Origin: Thermodesulfobacteriota bacterium
GTDB taxonomy: Bacteria; Desulfobacterota; BSN033; WVXP01; G020346125
Direction of reading: 5' to 3'
DNA: 49,946 bases
NCBI GenBank assembly: GCA_030145085.1
Contig: JAQYWG010000003.1
Span: 1 to 49,946, forward strand
Below are positions 47,393 to 49,946 of the stretch, piece after piece. The notes under the pieces are model-generated. The model saw only the letters and a list, made by a program, of their open reading frames with translations, had not been told where the DNA came from and did not search any database. Every line of letters starts with the position of its first letter. The stretch's first letter is position 1. Position numbers and translations under genes: made by a program.

Positions 47393-48682
47393 ATGCGATA
47401 CATCATTATCGGAGGAAGTGCTGCAGGAGTAAGCGCCATAGAGGCTATCCGATCCCTTGATCGCTCATCACCAATCGAGCTATTTACCGATGAAGAAACC
47501 CCCCTTTATTCGCGGGTCCTCCTTACCTATTTTATTGCGGGGGTAATTTCAAAGGATGAGTTGCACTTTAGACCGTTGGAGTTCTTCAAGGAGAACAATG
47601 TCACGCCCCATTTGGGAGAGATGGTCCAAGCGGTTTCCCCCGATTCCAAATCGATTCAGACGGAAGACGGGAAGAATCATACCTTTGATAAGCTCCTCAT
47701 AGCCACGGGTTCCTCACCGAAGACGTTGGACATACCGGGCGTCGATAAGGAGGGCGTGTATGGACTGAGAAATATGGGCCACGCTCAAAAGATCATAAGT
47801 CGCTCGGGGAAGACCGACACTGTGACCATATTGGGGGGTGGCTTGATCGGTCTGAGGGATGGTTATGCGCTCGCTGCTCGGGGGTTGAAGGTTAAGATGA
47901 TCGTCAAATCAAACCGCGTCCTCTCCCAGATGTTGGATGAAGAATCATCGGCGATGGTCCAGGAGCGGCTGCAAGAGCATGGCATTGGGATTAAAACCGG
48001 CCGAGATGCCGTTGAGATTCTGGGGAAGGGGTCAGTCGAGGGGATTGCGCTGGACAACGGGGAGAAGATCGACTGTCAAATGGTGATCGTCGGGAAAGGT
48101 GTCGATCCCAATATAGGACTGGTTTCCACAACCCCGATCGAAGTAAGGGAAGGAATCGTCGCCGATGAACACATGAGGACAAGTGCCCCGGACATCTATG
48201 TAGCCGGCGATGTTGCGGAGACATTCGACATCTCCCGAGGGAAGATGGCGATTAATGCCATTTGGCCCTGTGCTTTTGAACAGGGACGGATAGCCGGTTT
48301 GAATATGGCGGGCCAAGAGGCCAAGTATGTCGGGTCATTTCGGATGAACTCCCTGGACATCTACGGACTTCCCGCTGGCTCCATGGGCATAACTCGTCCT
48401 GATGGGGATGGATTCCAACAGGTCACAAGGAGAGGGAAGTATACCTACAGGAAGTTGGTCCTGAAAGATGGGCGCATCGTGGGAGCCATTCTCGTCGGGG
48501 AGATTCAAAAGGCAGGATTTTTGTCGACTCTCTTGAGGAAGAAGGTAAATGTATCCGACTATGTCCCCTTCTTAATGAGCGATCGGCTCAATGTTGCAGA
48601 CCTTTTGCCATTGATGAGGCAAAATGCGGAAAAATTCACGGAAATTGAATACAGGGAACTTTTCGCCAGTACCTCTCAGTAA
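47393..48682 (+). CDS. FAD/NAD(P)-dependent oxidoreductase (pyridine nucleotide-disulfide oxidoreductase fold; NirB-N-terminal / ferredoxin-reductase-like, no redox-active Cys pair seen)
   Basis: FAD-binding IIIGGSAAG, YSRVLL motif, second Rossmann ILGGGLIGLR, ATGS and GDV motifs. AAGGAG Shine-Dalgarno. Confidence 0.9.
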   Translation: MRYIIIGGSAAGVSAIEAIRSLDRSSPIELFTDEETPLYSRVLLTYFIAGVISKDELHFRPLEFFKENNVTPHLGEMVQAVSPDSKSIQTEDGKNHTFDKLLIATGSSPKTLDIPGVDKEGVYGLRNMGHAQKIISRSGKTDTVTILGGGLIGLRDGYALAARGLKVKMIVKSNRVLSQMLDEESSAMVQERLQEHGIGIKTGRDAVEILGKGSVEGIALDNGEKIDCQMVIVGKGVDPNIGLVSTTPIEVREGIVADEHMRTSAPDIYVAGDVAETFDISRGKMAINAIWPCAFEQGRIAGLNMAGQEAKYVGSFRMNSLDIYGLPAGSMGITRPDGDGFQQVTRRGKYTYRKLVLKDGRIVGAILVGEIQKAGFLSTLLRKKVNVSDYVPFLMSDRLNVADLLPLMRQNAEKFTEIEYRELFASTSQ

Positions 48683-48707
48683 ATTCTCCGAGCACTTTCC
48701 CGACCCC

Positions 48708-49397
48708 ATGCTTATGTTCAGTCGGGGCAAAGGACCTCTCCAGGAGAGGGTTTACTCATATTTGAGGTCAGCCATCCTGATGGGGAAAATCCCCCCCGAA
48801 GGACATTTAGTGGAAGAGGTTGTTGGCAGAGAATTGGGGGTGAGCAGGACCCCAGTCCGCGAGGCACTGCACAAGTTGGAGAGGGAAGGGCTTATCGAAC
48901 ACTTTCAGAACCGAGGCTTTTCGGTCACAAGGGAAACGGAGAGCCAGGTCGCGGAGATATTCGAAATACGGGCTATCCTGGAGGGCTATATCCTTCGGAT
49001 TGCCTGCGAGAACGCCACGGATGAATTTCTATCGGGGCTGAAGTCATTGTTGAAAAAGGCAGAGAGGTGTTTTGCCCAATCGAAGGTAGAAGAACTCCAC
49101 CGCTTTAACACGATGTTCCACGACCGGATCATGCAACAGGTCTCAGAGAGGATACGCCTGAAGGACTTCGTCAAGGACCTCAGGGAATATGTCCTCCGTT
49201 ATCGGTCGGCCACTTTGCGGTCTCCCGGTGGGGCCGAGAGGACGTTGCAAGGGCACAGAGGGATCATCCTTGGCCTGGAGACGGGGGATCCCGACCTCTG
49301 TGAACGGATCATGCGTGGCCATATTGAGAATGCCAAAGTCGATGCGATTAGGGAACTGACGGAAAAGAAAAAGTCTCCCATGGCCTCAATGACTTAG
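48708..49397 (+). CDS. GntR-family transcriptional regulator with FCD (FadR-type) C-terminal domain
   Basis: wHTH LVEEVVGRELGVSRTPVREALHKLEREGLIE. Helical C-terminus with His residues (FHDRI, GHRGI, GHIENA). ORF opens at ATG 48624 (GAGG upstream, overlapping the previous gene); ATG 48708 gives the usual N-terminal length. Start is uncertain. Confidence 0.88.
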   Translation: MLMFSRGKGPLQERVYSYLRSAILMGKIPPEGHLVEEVVGRELGVSRTPVREALHKLEREGLIEHFQNRGFSVTRETESQVAEIFEIRAILEGYILRIACENATDEFLSGLKSLLKKAERCFAQSKVEELHRFNTMFHDRIMQQVSERIRLKDFVKDLREYVLRYRSATLRSPGGAERTLQGHRGIILGLETGDPDLCERIMRGHIENAKVDAIRELTEKKKSPMASMT

Positions 49398-49407
49398 TCC
49401 TTCGATT

Positions 49408-49431
49408 AATAAGTTCGATGACGAACTTATT
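49408..49431. other. Perfect 10-bp inverted repeat with a 4-nt loop just after the GntR stop (weak terminator or protein-binding site)
   Basis: aataagttcg-atga-cgaacttatt. No clear U-tract follows. Confidence 0.35.
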
Positions 49432-49578
49432 CAGACTTCGGCTGAGCGACTCGACATGAGCTCGTCGACATGTCTCAGTCGAAGCCCTCAGGACTTAGTG
49501 CTGAGTGAGCAATATTTTTGAAATAAGTCGCCAAAATACGTCACCGTAATTGCGAATCGAAGCACTTAGGAGGAAAAG

Positions 49579-49946
49579 ATGGAAGTAATCATGGTTGATC
49601 CAGAAAAATGTACGCAATGTCATACGTGTGCGCTTTGGTGCGGGATTGAGATAGGCTCTGTGGCCAAAGAGCTTAATCAGGCCATTCACGAGGAACCCCA
49701 GCCAGTGCCTCGGGTCCACGTGGAGGGCAACAGTTTTCCTTTCCACTGTCGTCATTGCGAAGTAGCGCCGTGTATTGATGCGTGTCCCAATGGAAGCATG
49801 CGCAGGGATCCGAAGACCGGACTGGTGTATGTGTACGAGCCGACCTGCATTGCCTGTTGGATGTGTGTGATGGTTTGTCCCTTTGGGATCATTGCTCCAT
49901 CAACGTCTCAGCACGGAGCGATCAAGTGCGACCGGTGTCGGAACAT
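49579..49946 (+). CDS. CooF/HybA-like 4Fe-4S cluster protein, 3'-truncated by the window edge
   Basis: Not in the ORF track because there is no stop. ATG 49579 after AGGAGG. My translation: MEVIMVDPEKCTQCHTCALWC..HCRHCEVAPCIDACP..CIACWMCVMVCPFG..KCDRC, i.e. several CxxCxxCxxxCP-type motifs. Confidence 0.85.
   Translation, partial: MEVIMVDPEKCTQCHTCALWCGIEIGSVAKELNQAIHEEPQPVPRVHVEGNSFPFHCRHCEVAPCIDACPNGSMRRDPKTGLVYVYEPTCIACWMCVMVCPFGIIAPSTSQHGAIKCDRCRN

Overview
Bacterial chromosomal segment, densely coded on both strands, roughly 45-50% GC over most of its length from hand counts of a few lines. From 1 to 34.5 kb it is mainly core housekeeping. In order: hflX (reading frame open to the window edge), guaB, two uncharacterised genes wedged between guaB and guaA (a TPR/zinc-ribbon membrane protein and a DUF4388-type protein), guaA, dnaE, mutL and a SagB-type nitroreductase-fold protein. 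Next is a minus-strand type IV pilus block, pilB-pilT-pilC-pilS-pilR, with no pilin gene after pilR. It is followed by a CusRS-like two-component system co-oriented with a small ORF and htrA, a half-size permease, a C-N hydrolase overlapping argS, a SPOR protein, lepB, pyrC, ribF and tRNA-Leu(CAG). From the tRNA to the end the content looks accessory. It holds an MmgE/PrpD-family protein, the tctCBA tripartite tricarboxylate transporter, a frameshifted Gfo/Idh/MocA oxidoreductase and pxpABC (5-oxoprolinase). Then come a zinc-ribbon/PDZ/polytopic membrane protein, a truncated and frameshifted livF remnant, a GntR-linked Fe-S/flavoprotein gene set of unknown function, and a 3'-truncated CooF-like ferredoxin. 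I saw no rRNA, CRISPR array, transposase, integrase or recognisable defence or toxin-antitoxin genes. The most unusual non-genic signal is an intergenic repeat family (4 copies, about 70-145 nt) with an 8-nt-periodic core; two inverted copies bracket mutL. I did not find a clear-cut new system. The best candidates for something undescribed are that repeat family, the GntR-associated redox module at 45.8-49.4 kb, and two zinc-ribbon-capped polytopic membrane proteins. Lineage guess, low confidence: Deltaproteobacteria/Nitrospirota-like, based on pil gene order and heavy AGR arginine codon use.
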